DNA of 45,987 bases from NCBI RefSeq assembly GCF_001194135.2, contig NC_068994.1, positions 21,872,917-21,918,903 on the forward strand, read 5' to 3'. The notes under the pieces were generated by a model. The model was not told where the DNA came from and made no database searches. It worked only from the letters and a program-made list of their open reading frames with translations. This DNA is from Octopus bimaculoides. Taxonomy: Eukaryota. Shown piece after piece: positions 26,639 through 39,310 of the stretch (within the stretch, counting starts at the first letter, position 1; every line of letters begins with the position of its first letter). The translations under genes and the position numbers were made by a program.

Positions 26639-26697
26639 AGAATGTTCTAGAAATTCTTGAAACTTTTAGAAAATTCTTCAAGGTTCTAGAAAGTTCT
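26639..26697. promoter_or_regulatory. Heat-shock-element-like array of alternating nGAAn/nTTCn pentamers
   Basis: aGAAt gTTCt aGAA, then after a 1-nt register shift aTTCt tGAAa cTTTt aGAAa aTTCt tCAAg gTTCt aGAAa gTTCt: 12 units, 10 of them perfect. Confidence 0.45.
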
Positions 26698-27002
26698 AGT
26701 GAAACTCTGCTTCAGCAACTCAGAGTTGAATCTGTCTGAAATGTAATGGAAAATTGGTCAGTCTCAAAACATTGATGATCAAGTCCCAAAAGCAAAGTTT
26801 GAAGGGAATCGTAGTGATTGAATTTGATTTCTAGATAGAAGCAAATAGGAAATAACACTTACTGACCAAAGACAAAAAAAAAAGTTTTGTTACTCAATGT
26901 TATTTGTGCAATGAGATAAATGTTACTGTTAATTGTTCACAAGATGTTATATCATTTACACACAGCCAAACACTCCAACCATCCTTGCAGCAATGGTTTC
27001 AT

Positions 27003-27445
27003 CTATCATCATCATCATCGTTTAACGTCCGCTTTCCATGCTAGCATGGGTTGAACGATTTGACTGAGGACTGGTGAACCAGATGGCTACACCAGACTCC
27101 AATCTGATTTGGCAGTGTTTCTACAGCTGGATGCCCTTCCTAACGCCAACCACTCCGAGAGTGTAGTGGGTGCTTTTACGTGCCACCGGCACAAAGGCCA
27201 GTCAGGAGGTACTGGCACCGGCCACGCTCGAAATGGTGTCTTTTATGTGCCACCTGCACAGGAGCCAGTCCAGTGGCACTGGCAACGATCTTGCTCGAAT
27301 GTCTTTACACGTGCCACCGGCACAAGTGCCAGGGCACAGGTGCCATCACGATTTCGCTTTCGCTTGCCTCAACAGGTCTTAGCAAGCCGAGTTTCGTGTC
27401 CAATGAAGGAGATGACGTTGGCATGGGTGCCAGCCGTCGAAATTA
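27003..27445 (-). mobile_element. RTE-like LINE 3' region / derived SINE with internal gtgccaccggcac subrepeats
   Basis: (CAT)n tail, cgtttaacgtccgctttccatgctagcatggg and ttctacagctggatgcccttcctaacgccaacc; gtgccacc.gcac occurs three times (about 27180, 27248, 27311). Confidence 0.75.
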
Positions 27446-27989
27446 GTTCGATTTCAGATTAGACATTATCACCCTAAGTAATCATTTACTTTTAGTTTCT
27501 GGATTTAACATAAAAGTAACATTGTTATAGGTTTAATGCCATTTCTTAATTAGAAAAACCCCCATTGAACATGGGACAATAACAAAAATTCAAATCTGCT
27601 AATTTTCATAGGTTAGTTCCCTTATGGGAGAATGGAATAGTGAATATAAACTTTGATTAAGTGTTGGTGTAGTAGTTTAGCCAGTGAGCATGAGTACAAT
27701 CCCTAGGCTAGTCAAGCTCTATATACACTGCTTGTAGCAATCTTTCAAATAAAACAACTAATAAGAAGGATATTCTTGGTATGGAAGATAACACTTCCAC
27801 TTTCAAGAATCTTATTCAATATGGCAGGACTTGAAGAAAGTCTGGAGGTTACAACACAGAAATGTGACAATAAAAACTAAAATTAGGATACTAGACCAAA
27901 TATATCAGTGTATAGCAATGATAATTCTTAATCTTAGAAATTCAAATACAATCTCTCCCCCCTCTCTCTCCACCTACTTATCTATCTGT

Positions 27990-28631
27990 CTGTCTGTCTG
28001 TCTATCGATCTATCTTTTTTTTCTGCTTTTCCTTCTTCCCCCTGTGGATATTTGCCATTCCTCCATGTTGGCTTCATCAAATGACATGTCGGAGGAATCA
28101 GAAGATGGGAGGGGAGGGGTACTGGGGTCGATTTGTGGGTGTGTTGATGTTGATGTTGTTGCTGTTGTTAATTTTGGTTGGTGGCTGTTGGGATATGATG
28201 TATGGGTTGTTGGGGATGAGGGGTTAATTATTGCTTTCCTTTTCAGGCTTTGGTACTTCTGTAGCTGTTATTCTTGTTGTTGGTGGTGGTGTTGCTTCTG
28301 CTGTTGGTTGAGTTGGTGTCGTGTTTTCTTTCTGCTGTTGCTGCTGTTGCTGTTTTTGTTGTTGTTGCTGTTGCTCCTTCAGTATTGTGCAGCCAATTTT
28401 TAAATGGTTTTTGCTGCCACAGAGGTGATAGCATGATCTTCTGCCTTCAATGGTGACATGTAAGGTGGTACCGTCTGGCAGTTTTATTAGATCTGGTATA
28501 TTTTCTATTGTCTCTTGATTGGCTTGAACCAAGATTTTGAAAGCCTGGCCTATCCAGTTCTGTTGATCGAGGATGGCAATTTCCAAGATGTTAATAACTT
28601 CCTTGAAATTGTAGCAGATGGTTGACACCAA
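27990..28631 (-). mobile_element. Tx1/L1-like ORF1 (gag-like) remnant with a degenerate zinc knuckle
   Basis: ORF 28224-28631: IPDLIKLPDGTTLHVTIEGRRSCYHLCGSKNHLKIGC (CCHC-like), followed by Gln- and Thr/Pro-rich linkers. Confidence 0.6.
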
Positions 28632-28823
28632 TCATTGTGCTTCAATTTCTGATAAGACTGCCAGACAGTACCACCTTATATGTCACCATTGAAGGCAGAA
28701 GACCATGCTCTCACCTCTGTGGCAGCAAAAACCATTAAAAAATTGACTGCACAATACTGAAGGAGCAACAGCAACAACAACAACTACAGCAACAGTGGCA
28801 ACAACAGAAAGAAAACACGACAC
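28316..28823. repeat. 176-bp inverted duplication of the zinc-knuckle segment (arms 28316-28491 and 28648-28823, 156-bp spacer)
   Basis: actgccagac(a/g)gtaccacctta(t/c)atgtcaccattgaaggcagaaga...gaaagaaaacacgacac is present on both strands at about 90% identity. Confidence 0.9.
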
Positions 28824-29225
28824 GCAAACCATCTTTAATTTTTATTTTTGTGACCCTATGACCTAGGTACGTAGGGATCATTACTATTTCACCAGACTCA
28901 GGTGATTCTGTAGAGTAGGCTTTGGTTTGCTCCTCTGAGTCACACCTGACTTCGACTGTTGCAAATCTTTTGCACCTTGTGATATAGAGGCCTTAAACAT
29001 TTTTCGATTGCTTGTTGATTCATGTTTTCGGGCTCTCTCATTTTAAAATTTATTGTCTTGTATATAATCATCTTTTTGTTAATATTTTCTAAAATGTGTT
29101 GTGGTGTGTTTAGTTTTATTGTATTATCCTCCTTAGATAAAAGGGGTCTTCTTTCCATTAATTGTTGTGGTGTAAATATCTATCTATCTATTTATCTATC
29201 TATTCATCCGTCCGTCCGTCCGTCC

Positions 29226-29256
<31 letters not shown>

Positions 29257-29258
29257 AG

Positions 29259-29321
<63 letters not shown>

Positions 29322-29806
29322 GTTTACACAGACACAAGCACAGCATTAATCAAAGTAAACACTATTACCGATGCATTACTTCAGATCTTATCAATCAGTT
29401 TCATGTTGGAAACTATATGGTAACCATGTTTTTTTTTTCCATACCTTCCCCCCTTTAAGAACATGTGTATTAGATAATTGCTCAGTAATTGCTCCAATCT
29501 GAAACTGATTGGTAAGATTGGTTGAATGGATCTATAATATGGTATACTTTGATTAATGTATCAACTCAATTGACAAATATACAAATGATCATTTTTTCTG
29601 ACTTATGGATTCTTAGATAAACATGCATCTATGTATGTATGTATGTATGTATGTATGTATGTATGTATGTATGTATGTATGTATGTATGTACGTACGTAT
29701 GTATGTACGTATGTATGTATGTATGTATGTATGTATGTATGTATGTATGTATGTGTGTGTGTGTGTGTGTTTGTGTGTGTATGTATATATGTATGTATGT
29801 ATGTAT

Positions 29807-30150
29807 GCTCTTCCTAACCACATGGTTCTGGGTTCAGTCTGACAGTGTGGCAGCTTGGGTATGTTTCTTCTACTATAGCCTCGAGCAGACTAAAGCCTTG
29901 TGACTGGATTTGGTTGATGAAAACTAAAAAAAGCCCGTTGTATACATATTTAAATATATATATCTGTGTGTATATCTTTGAGGCTGTGTTTGTCTCCCAC
30001 CATCACTTGACAACTGGTGTTGGTTTGTTTACATCCTCACAACTTAGCAGTTTGGCAAAAGAGATCAACAGAGTAAGTATCAGACTTTAAAAAATAAGTT
30101 CTGGAGTCGATTCATTTGACTAAAAAATTCCTCAAGGTGGTGCCCCAGCA
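29807..30150 (+). mobile_element. tRNA-derived SINE (family B)
   Basis: ttcctaaccacatggttctgggttcagtc...tcttctactatagcctcg...ggtgccccagca; homologous to 32329-32709, with reverse fragments at about 10440-10610 and 13130-13230. Confidence 0.75.
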
Positions 30151-30687
30151 CCAGTATGTGGTGCTTGGGGTATTCTGCACAAATGCAACAATAAGTTACT
30201 ACCATGTTTGTAGTTTCAAGCTCATGGAAGGTCTGTTATAGGCAGAAGTGGTTCTCTTGGCCTCTACATGACTGTATCTTTGTTGAAATACTGCATAATC
30301 TTGATTGAATACTGATGGTTGAAACTCCTTAGAGGCCCCAGGTGGCAGACTTTGTTGTGATGATCAAAGTCTCACACAACCACCACCATGAAGTACCTTC
30401 ACTCCCATAATTTCATGTTCATTGAAAGTATAATATAGGTAAATGCAGTAGTGATTTCTCTGTTCTGTGCATGGATGCCTTTCCTATTGAAGTGTTGTGT
30501 GGTTAAAGTCTTCAGTGATCATTAATGGATGAACCTGATAGGTTCTTCCTCTTCTCTTTTCTTCCTTCCTTTCTTTCTTTGTTTCTCACTTTATTTGTTT
30601 GTGTATTTATTTTATATATTTTATAATTTTTTTGCAATTTTCATGCTTAAAATAGGATGGATGAACTATTAAATATACACTCTTAAT

Positions 30688-30836
30688 ATGTGTGTGTGCA
30701 TGTGTGTGTGTGCATGTGTGTGTGCATGTGTGTGTGTGCATGTGTGTGTGTGCATGTGTGTGTGCGCATGTGTGTGTGTGCATGTGTGTGTGCGCATGTG
30801 TGTGCATGTGTGCGTGTGTGCATGTGTGTGTGTGTA
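30688..30836. repeat. Compound (GCAT(GT)n) minisatellite
   Basis: gcatgtgtgtgt units of variable length are repeated more than 10 times. Confidence 0.85.
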
Positions 30837-32328
30837 TATACATACATGTATCTGTGTGTGAATGTGTTTGTACATTTATGTGTATCTATATAACCCATAT
30901 AATGTCTATACTACTATAGATTTTTATATATGTGTTTTACATGTATATTTCTTAAAGTATTTCAGTTTTAATTTAATTATATACATGTTATGCATTCATA
31001 AACAGATTTGTGTGTTTTTGATTCTGTGCTTGATTTGATTACAATAATGAAAGAATCAGGATAGCTGTTACTGCTTCTCACGAGGCTATAGTTCTAATTG
31101 GAAAAATGTAGAAGATAAGGAAACAGCTTCATATTTCAACCAGAGCACATCATATTTTATTACAGCTACAATAACGACATCTATAACTATGGCAATATCT
31201 AGAGCAGTAGTAACAGCTGCAGCAGTAAAATGGCATTAAAAAATAGCAACGAAATTAGTAACACCTGCAGAAGCAAATATAGCAGCAGAATCATCTTATC
31301 ATCATCTTCCCTATCATTGCTATTTGTCCTTTAATGTCACCTGTATTATAAGTCTTATATATATTTCTAAATTTTTCTGAGATTTTTCTATCTTTATTGC
31401 TTTTGTTTTAAGGTCTAGCTCATGAATGGTAGCAAGGTATAAGTGATATGGTAGTATTGTTGTGTAGTATCTTAGTATCTTAGTGTAGTGTGGTGGTGTG
31501 GTATTGTGGTGATATATTGGTGTGGTTATGTGGGATTTTAACTTAATACCTAGGAGTTGGTAGTTCAAAACCATTGCCATTTGGCCATTTCATGTCAACT
31601 GTTGTGGAATGGTAATATCAACAGCTGGGTTGTATCTTGGTCCATGTTGTGGTAGTCATGAATTTGACAGTACAAGTTTTACGTGTTTTGGGGTCGGTAT
31701 AGTCTATTGTACTTTCTATGGAAGTCTATAACATATTAATGTCATTGATATTCATAGCAGTGAATTCAATTAGTTATGCATTAAGAGTTCTGTGTTTGTG
31801 CTTTATTTCACACTACTAGTATACTATATACCAACTTATTATAAAACTACATGATACTACACAGTCACTTGAAGACACTTTACCATATACCAAACCAGCT
31901 ATAGTACAGTAAAGTACCATAAACCATGCTGATTTTCACTAAAGCAAACCACATCGTATCATGTCCTTGTCATGCAACAAAATGGCAAGCTGCAACATAA
32001 TTATATCAGACCACATTATAACACATTGCATCACACAAAATAATGTTACTATGCACCTCATAATAATGCAATGCACTGCAACATGCCATATAACATTTAA
32101 TTAAACATGCTGCACAACAGCATATGAAACACATCATAAATCACTGCAGCTCATGAATGGTAGCAAGGTATAAGTGATATAACAAACCAGAAAATATCAC
32201 ACTCTAGCATACTACATCATAATATATGAAAATACAAAACATTACACTACAATACACTAGATCAAATGAAACTTAGATGTTTAGAGACAACAGAAAGATG
32301 TGATGTTTGGGCATTACTTCAGAATATT

Positions 32329-32709
32329 GTGGTAAGAAGCTTGCTTCCCAACCACATAGTTCTGGGTTCTGTCCCACTGCATGGCCCCTTTGGCAAGTGT
32401 CTTCTGCTATAGCCTCAGGCTGACCAAAGCCTTGTGAGTGGATTTGATAAACAGAAACTGAAGGAAGCCTGCTGGATATATATGTGTATGTGTGTGTCTT
32501 TGTGTCTGTGTTTGCCCTCCCACTACCACTTGACAACTGGCGTTGGTGTGTTTACGTCCTTGTAATTTAGTAGTTTGGCAAAAGAAACCAACAGAGTAAA
32601 AAGAAATTAAGTACTGGGGTCAATTCATTCAACTAGAAATTCTTGAAGGCTGTGCCCCAGCATGGCCACAGTATATTGCCTGAAACAAGTAAAAGGATAA
32701 AAGAATAAA
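32329..32709 (+). mobile_element. tRNA-derived SINE (family B)
   Basis: gtggtaagaagcttgcttcccaaccacatagttctgggttc (A/B-box-like head)...gccccagcatggccacagt, with an A-rich tail. Confidence 0.75.
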
Positions 32710-33159
32710 GCTATTATATCTGGAGATATTATAATTAGGACATGACATCACTGTTGCACAATGTGCCAACCTCTCACAGAAATTTAATCATTATCTTTAT
32801 TTAAATTAAGAGGAGCAACGTCCATGACATTTGCAGGTCTTTCAAGAATCATGAGTTCAGTATTTTTGATGTTCACTTATTGAACTTTTCATATTGATCA
32901 CTGCATTTTGGTGCTTTTATATGATACTATATTTTTCTATCACCATTAAAAGATGTTTTCAAGGCATTTGTTCATGCTTAGTATAACGTTTCTCAGTTGC
33001 ATGTAGATGGATGGTAACTGTGTGAGAAACCCTATTAAAAGTGTAAAATATGGTATTTTCTGCATAAGAAGTAAAAGCAAGAAGCGGATTTACATAAGAC
33101 ATAACATGTAAAAAGCACCCTTGCTGGTGACATATAAACGACACCCAATACATTTTGTA

Positions 33160-33850
33160 AAGTGGTTGGCATTAGGAAGAGCACCCAGCTGTAGAAACTA
33201 AACCAAAGCAGACGATTGGAGCCTGGTGCAGCTCTCTGGCTTATCAGCTCCAGTCAAACCACCTAGCCCATACCAGCAAGGAAAACAGGTGTTAGATGAT
33301 AAAGATGATGATGATGCTAACAGAACACACACTAGAACTGATAGAACGTGTATCAGAAAGAACCCATTGACACAGCAATGAGGAAGTGATGGATAAAGCT
33401 TATAATTCTTATATTTGGGTAAATTCTTTACAAGATGCTGATGTGAGCATTACTTTCTCTGAAATTTCAAGAGTAAGAGACTGCTGGTGTGTGGTGTATG
33501 AAAGCAAGTCTCTATAGATCTGGCTTCATAGTAACCAAAGTGGATATTTATAATGCTCATCTTCATCTTGGAAATAGTGTGAATGACTTACGTTGTCATC
33601 ATCATCATCATCATCAGCATCAGCAGCAGCATCATTTAATGTCCATCTTCTATGTTGGCATGGGTCAGATGGTCTGACAGGATCTGATGAGCCAGAATGT
33701 GTTGAGCTCCAGTATCTGCTTTGGTATGGTTTCTACAGGTGGATCCCATACCTAATGCCAACCACTTTACAGAGGGAACAGGGTACCTTCTTTTCATGGC
33801 ATTGGCACTACTGAGGTCACCAAGTAACTAGCATGACAAGACCCCTAGGT
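33160..33850. mobile_element. Two RTE-tail repeat copies in opposite orientation (33160-33317 plus; 33593-33850 minus)
   Basis: gtggttggcattaggaagagcacccagctgtagaa...gatgatgatg, and the reverse-oriented catcatcat...tttaatgtccatcttctatgttggcatggg...ttctacaggtggatccc. Confidence 0.65.
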
Positions 33851-35793
33851 TGAGTGAAAGTACAGTATTGAGGGAGGTGACTTTGTGGAAGGGTTTGGGA
33901 AGCTAAAGTATGATAGAAACTCAGGAGCATCAATGACAATAAAATGGTTGCAAACTGTAACCAAAGTATGTTAGGAGTTTATCTCTAATCTATTTTCTTC
34001 TACTGCATTTCATAAAGACTACTAATAATAAACAAGAGTAAGTTTGTGTCCCAATTTTAATTTCTGCTTGATGCTAACTCAGTTCACTTGTATTGCTAGT
34101 ACTCTTTGGAAATGTATAGTAAAACAAAATTAGTTGCTGGAATGAGAGGGCAAGATGAAGAGATACAAGTGAGACAAAATAGGGTGGACATTAGGAGGAG
34201 AGAAGATGAAATAAGTAAGTTTATATGAAAGTGTAAAGTGTCAGACTGTGCAGATGAGTAGCAACTACTGGTAAGGGAGACAGTGGATGGGCATGACCTG
34301 TTATCAGAACTGTGATTGCAAATTATTGGTGAATAAAGACTTTACCTCTTTCACTTCAATGCAGTCCAGAATGTTTTGTATTTATAGAAATGTATGCTCT
34401 TCAGAGATTGTGTGGCTTGATATTTGTGTGTAGTATGTTTTAGTTATGTGTGATAGGGAAGGTTGTAGAGTGTGGTTAGAGTAAGAAGAGAGTAAGAAAG
34501 GTAACTGAACCTTTGAGGTGTATGTGAGTTGAATAAAAATGAGACATGAGGAGAACTGTCTTGATACATACTGCAATGGAATTATTTTGCTATGATACTT
34601 TTGATCCAGTAATTAATGATGGGTGAAAACTAAACATTTCATCAAAAACTGAGTATGTCAGATGTCGTTGAAAACATTAATGAGATTATAAAGAAACAAT
34701 TTTGTTTTTATTAAAGTTCTTAATGGCAAGAGACTATTGCTGTGTAATATGAGAGAGATTTCTAGTTGATATGACTATTCCAAAACTTCACTGGAGGCCA
34801 CTGAAAACAGAAAGGCTCTGAAGGTTGTAAACAATGTACTTTTTTCCTACTTAGATGAATCATGAAAACAGATGACAATCATTATTCCGTTATTTCTTCT
34901 GTCTAAAATTGAGAACCTTTGTACTTGTAATTAAAACAAAACTAACATTCTTCTCTTTCAACATAGTAAAAGACCTAATTCTTATAAGGTGGGGTTTGTA
35001 GTCAGCTGAGTTAACTCTTGCTGCTAATTCTTTTGACTTTAAAGTAATGAAAGTCAAAGTCATCCTGAGCAGAATGTGAACTCAAAACCTAGAACAATGA
35101 AACTAAATACATTAAATTCCTTTGCTTTGTTCAGCACTCTACTGTTTCTGGCTATATGATCAACCTCTCCAGGTCAATAATAATAAAGATAATAACAGTA
35201 GCAATTATAATACCATCAACAGTTAAAAACATCAATAATATTTATAATAATCACAACAATAATAATAAAAGTAGTAATAATGAAGATGGCGGTGGGATGG
35301 TTGGAGGGAAGGGACAGGCAAATATGGCCTCTAGGGGTAATAGGCAACAAAACCAGATGCAATCTGAGGAATAAATATGAAGATATGGGTTAGGAAAGGT
35401 GGAATCTGGATACTGGTGATGTAGGAGAGGTGGTGGAAGCTATATATGTGCACATGTGTTTATATATGTATTTCTGTTATCTGCAGATAGCAGGGGTGTG
35501 GAGGATGGAAATGTCAGACATTAAACATTCATGTCATTACTGATAGTCACAAAAGACCACTTTGTCTTGTGTGTTTATGTTCCTTTGTATGTATGCGTGC
35601 TTATGTTGCATGTGTATGTCTGTGCATGCCATTTCATATTTATTGAAGTGTACAAAGTTCACATGTACACACACCCTTATGTACACATATGTATCCACAC
35701 ATACCTATATAACCACATGTACACATAATTTTGTTGTTCAGTTAATATTAGATTGTTCTTTCACAATATGAAAACCAACTCATACACGCATGC

Positions 35794-35873
<80 letters not shown>

Positions 35874-37516
35874 CTATACACATGGTTGTGCTGCTCAATC
35901 GATATTCTCTATCTCTTTCTCTCATTCTTCCTCTCCCTGTAAAATCAAATGGCAGCATCGCAAGCACTGATTGATTGATTAATGTACTGTATTGATCGAA
36001 CAGCATACTGCTATTGTTAATGATGATGGAAGCATAAGTGATGGGGCTGCTCCTGCTAGTGTTGCTGGTATAGGTGGTGGTGGTGGTGTAGAAAAAGTCA
36101 TAGTGATGGTAGTGGTAATGATAAACAACATAGTGGTAGGGTTAAAGATGATAGTGACTGTAATAATGGTGAGGTAGGTAGCAGTGATAATGTTCATATG
36201 GGACAATAGAAAGATGAAAGTATAGAAAAGATGGCTGTGCAGATAAATTGTTGTTGTTGTTGCCTCTAGCCCCAAATCAGTTCTGATCCAGTAGACATAT
36301 GATCAAGATAGCCTATCTCATCTTTTTTTCTTCTTTTTTTGTGTATCTAGAATTACATTATTCAATGTGTCCTTCCATTTTTAAGAGAGTAAGTTGTGAT
36401 TGAAAGGAGATTTGGCTGCCAGTTCTAGCAGATTGAGTGACCATGAAAAGGCACCCTTGTTATCTCATGTAAATTGTTGTTGTTAGTGAGGGTGGTTGTT
36501 ATATGTATATATGTAGTGGTGGCAGTGAAGTAGTAATATGTGGTAGCAGTGATGGTTTTGTCATATGTACTGGTGGTGGTATCACTGTTTTACAGGCTGT
36601 AGGCTATTAGTATAGGTAAGAGTGTCAACAAAAGTAAAATGATATTAAGAGTATAGGCAGTTATAATATTTGTAGCACAGCTGGTAGTAGTAGTGCTAGT
36701 GTTAGGGCTTATGATGTAGCTTGCCTCTAGTAATGATGGACAATTCTTGCTGGGGACTGCTGCTGTATTCACTGTCATTGGATTAAATTGAGCTCTATTG
36801 GATTAAATAACCGCAAGTAAATTTGTCTTTGATCCATCCAAACAATTAACATTAAGAATGTTTCAACTCTGTTGTACCCAGATTTGCTTATGTTTCCTGC
36901 ACTCTTCTCTCTATATGACTTATTTCCTGCCAGTTCTTGCAATGCACACTCCTTCACAGTTGATACCACTTTTTGTTCCTATTTAACTATCCTCACACAA
37001 ACATACATTGCACAAAGGAGAGCTATTTTCTTATACGAAAAAAAAAAAGCAGGAAAGTAGCATTGAACCAGTAAAGTTGAAAAACCCTTAATTTGCTACA
37101 AATGCTTGGTTTCACAATATTTGGTGATCTCTCATGGTAATATTACATTTATATATATCTGAAAATATTTATCTGAGACTTTACTTTCTCTAAATTCAAT
37201 ATACTTGTGTACATACACAAATATTCATACATACATACATGTGGACATAAACATATATAAACATACATACATAAGAACATGTCCATGTGCACACATGCAC
37301 ACACACACATACACACATACACACACATACACATACACACATACATACATGCATGCATGCATACGTACGTACCCATGTACATACATACATATGTACATAT
37401 GTACATACATATGTATGTAAATATGTACATACATATGTACATACATACATACATACATACATATGTTCATACATATGTGCACACATATGTACATACACAC
37501 GTACATACATACATAC

Positions 37517-37904
37517 TAAAGATATCAACCACATTATTGCCAACTGTGAGAGAATGTCTTCAAGATATTATCTTCCCATGAAGCATGGTACAGTGGCCAG
37601 AACAGTTTGGAACAGGATAACAAAAAAGAGAATATCAACAGATGAAGTTGGCTTTATTGAGACTGATGTGTCAAAAGAATACTGGTGGAACCTGACAATT
37701 TAAGCAGCCAGCCAGTTAAAATACAAGCAACCTGATATCATTGTGTGGGACCACAAGGAAAAGATAAGTTCTGTTGTAGAAATCAGCTGCCCCTGGACAT
37801 AAATGTAGGTAGAAAAATACAAGAGAAAGAGGATGTCAATGGACTATTGATAAGGAGTTTGCAAATCCAGTACCCAAGATACACTTTCATCTTCATACCC
37901 ATTA
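37517..37904 (+). mobile_element. R4/Dong-like non-LTR retrotransposon fragment (CCHC plus restriction-like endonuclease), left part
   Basis: DINHIIANC..Y..KHGTVA (end of the zinc knuckle), YWWNL, and PDIIVWDHKEKISSVVEISCPLDINV..KIQEK (PD..D/E-x-K-like RLE core) ending in FIFIPI; frameshifted. Confidence 0.75.
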
Positions 37905-39310
37905 CACTGGTCAACAAGTATTTTTCATCAAAGGTGTATTTAGTGTAGTTTTTAATGCTGATTTCAAATATACAATTAGCTTTCTGACATCAGGTACAGT
38001 TTTTCTGTTAAAGGCCCACTTCACTTTTGCAGTAGTATCAATAGACTTTTCGAATGTTTATCACAAAATCATGATCCTACAGAATGGCATTTGTTTATTG
38101 ACTCATCAAAACGATGATTTAAAGCAGTACTTCTCCATAATGGTAATCTGAAGCCCTCCATTCCTATTGCACACTCCATTCATCTTCATGAATCATTTGA
38201 GAATATGGAACTCTTACTTCATGTCATTGTCCATGAAAGCTACTCATAGAAAATATGTGGAGATTTAAAAGTCATTGGAATGTTAATGAGAATGTAGTCA
38301 GGCTTCACAAAATACTGTTGTTTCTTGTGTTTACGGGATAGTCAGGCAACTGACAGGCATTATTCGGAATCAAATTGGCAGACAAGAACATCATACCAGC
38401 CAGGACTGTCTAGCGTCAAGAATACATCTCTTGTAAATCCATGTAATGTCTTATTGCCTCATTTTCACATAAAGCTTGGACTGATGAAACAATTTGTAAA
38501 GACACTAGAGAAGAGAAATGTCAAAGAGTTTGAGTATATTGTAGAAAAGTTTCCCCAAATTACACAGGCGAAATTGAAAGAGGGTATTTTTGTTGGATCA
38601 TAAATTAGAGAAGTACTCAAAGATGTCAACTTCAAGACAACACTGGATGAACTGGAACTGCCTGCATAGAATACTTTCACGTGGATCTATGAGAATTTCT
38701 TGGGCAACAAGAAGGCAATGGACTACAAGGATGGCATCAAGAATCTTCTGAGATGTTACTCAGCAATGGGTTGTCGCATGTCACTGAGAGTTCACTTCTT
38801 GGACTCCCATCTGGATTTCTTCGCAGATAACCTTGGACCAGTGTCTGATGAGGACAGTGAAAGATTTCACCAGGACATTAGTGCTATGAAGAAATGGTAC
38901 CAAGGCTTCTGGAATGACAGTATGCTGGCTGACAACTGCTGGACACTTTACCATGATCGATCAGATCAGGAACACTGCAAGAAATCCAAATCACAATGTT
39001 TCTAGCTCTGTCCTTCTAACTTTGTCTGTTTTGTCTGACCCATTTTTTTGTGTATTCACCCTTTGTAGAATGATAGTGGTGATTTTCAACTCAATGAACT
39101 CATTAACTTTTTTTAAATAATATGTCCTTACTTATTACGTTAATGATTTCATATATACAAATATGTAAAATATTTGCCTGTATCTACTGAAAAACTGATG
39201 CATGCTGCATACAAATGGAGTGAAATTTTGAAATCAGCATGAAAAATTAGTCTAAATAAGTTGGTTTGCATTCATAATGAATATAATACATTTAATTTTG
39301 TCAACCAGTG
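37905..39310 (+). mobile_element. Chapaev3-like (CMC superfamily) DNA transposon, internally deleted, with a 3-bp TTA TSD
   Basis: Ends are cactggtcaacaa and ttgtcaaccagtg, with TTA on both sides (37902-37904, 39311-39313). Subterminal inverted block tatttagtgtagtttttaatgctgatttcaaa versus tatttagactaatttttcatgctgatttcaaa (28/32). Transposase motifs PHFHIKLGLMKQFVK, KEGIFVG, MSLRVHFLDSHLDFF, SDEDSERFHQDI and MLADNCW. Confidence 0.8.

Noticed and set aside
30170-30400. Faint resemblance to an RTE reverse-transcriptase C-terminus on the minus strand
   Set aside because: Too degenerate to support without an alignment.
35990-36780. Gly/Val/Ser-rich ORFs
   Set aside because: They derive from degenerate (GGT/AGT/GAT)n low-complexity sequence.
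38844-38862. CTGATGA..GAAA hammerhead-like words
   Set aside because: They lie inside the transposase codons for SDEDSERF, with no supporting stems.
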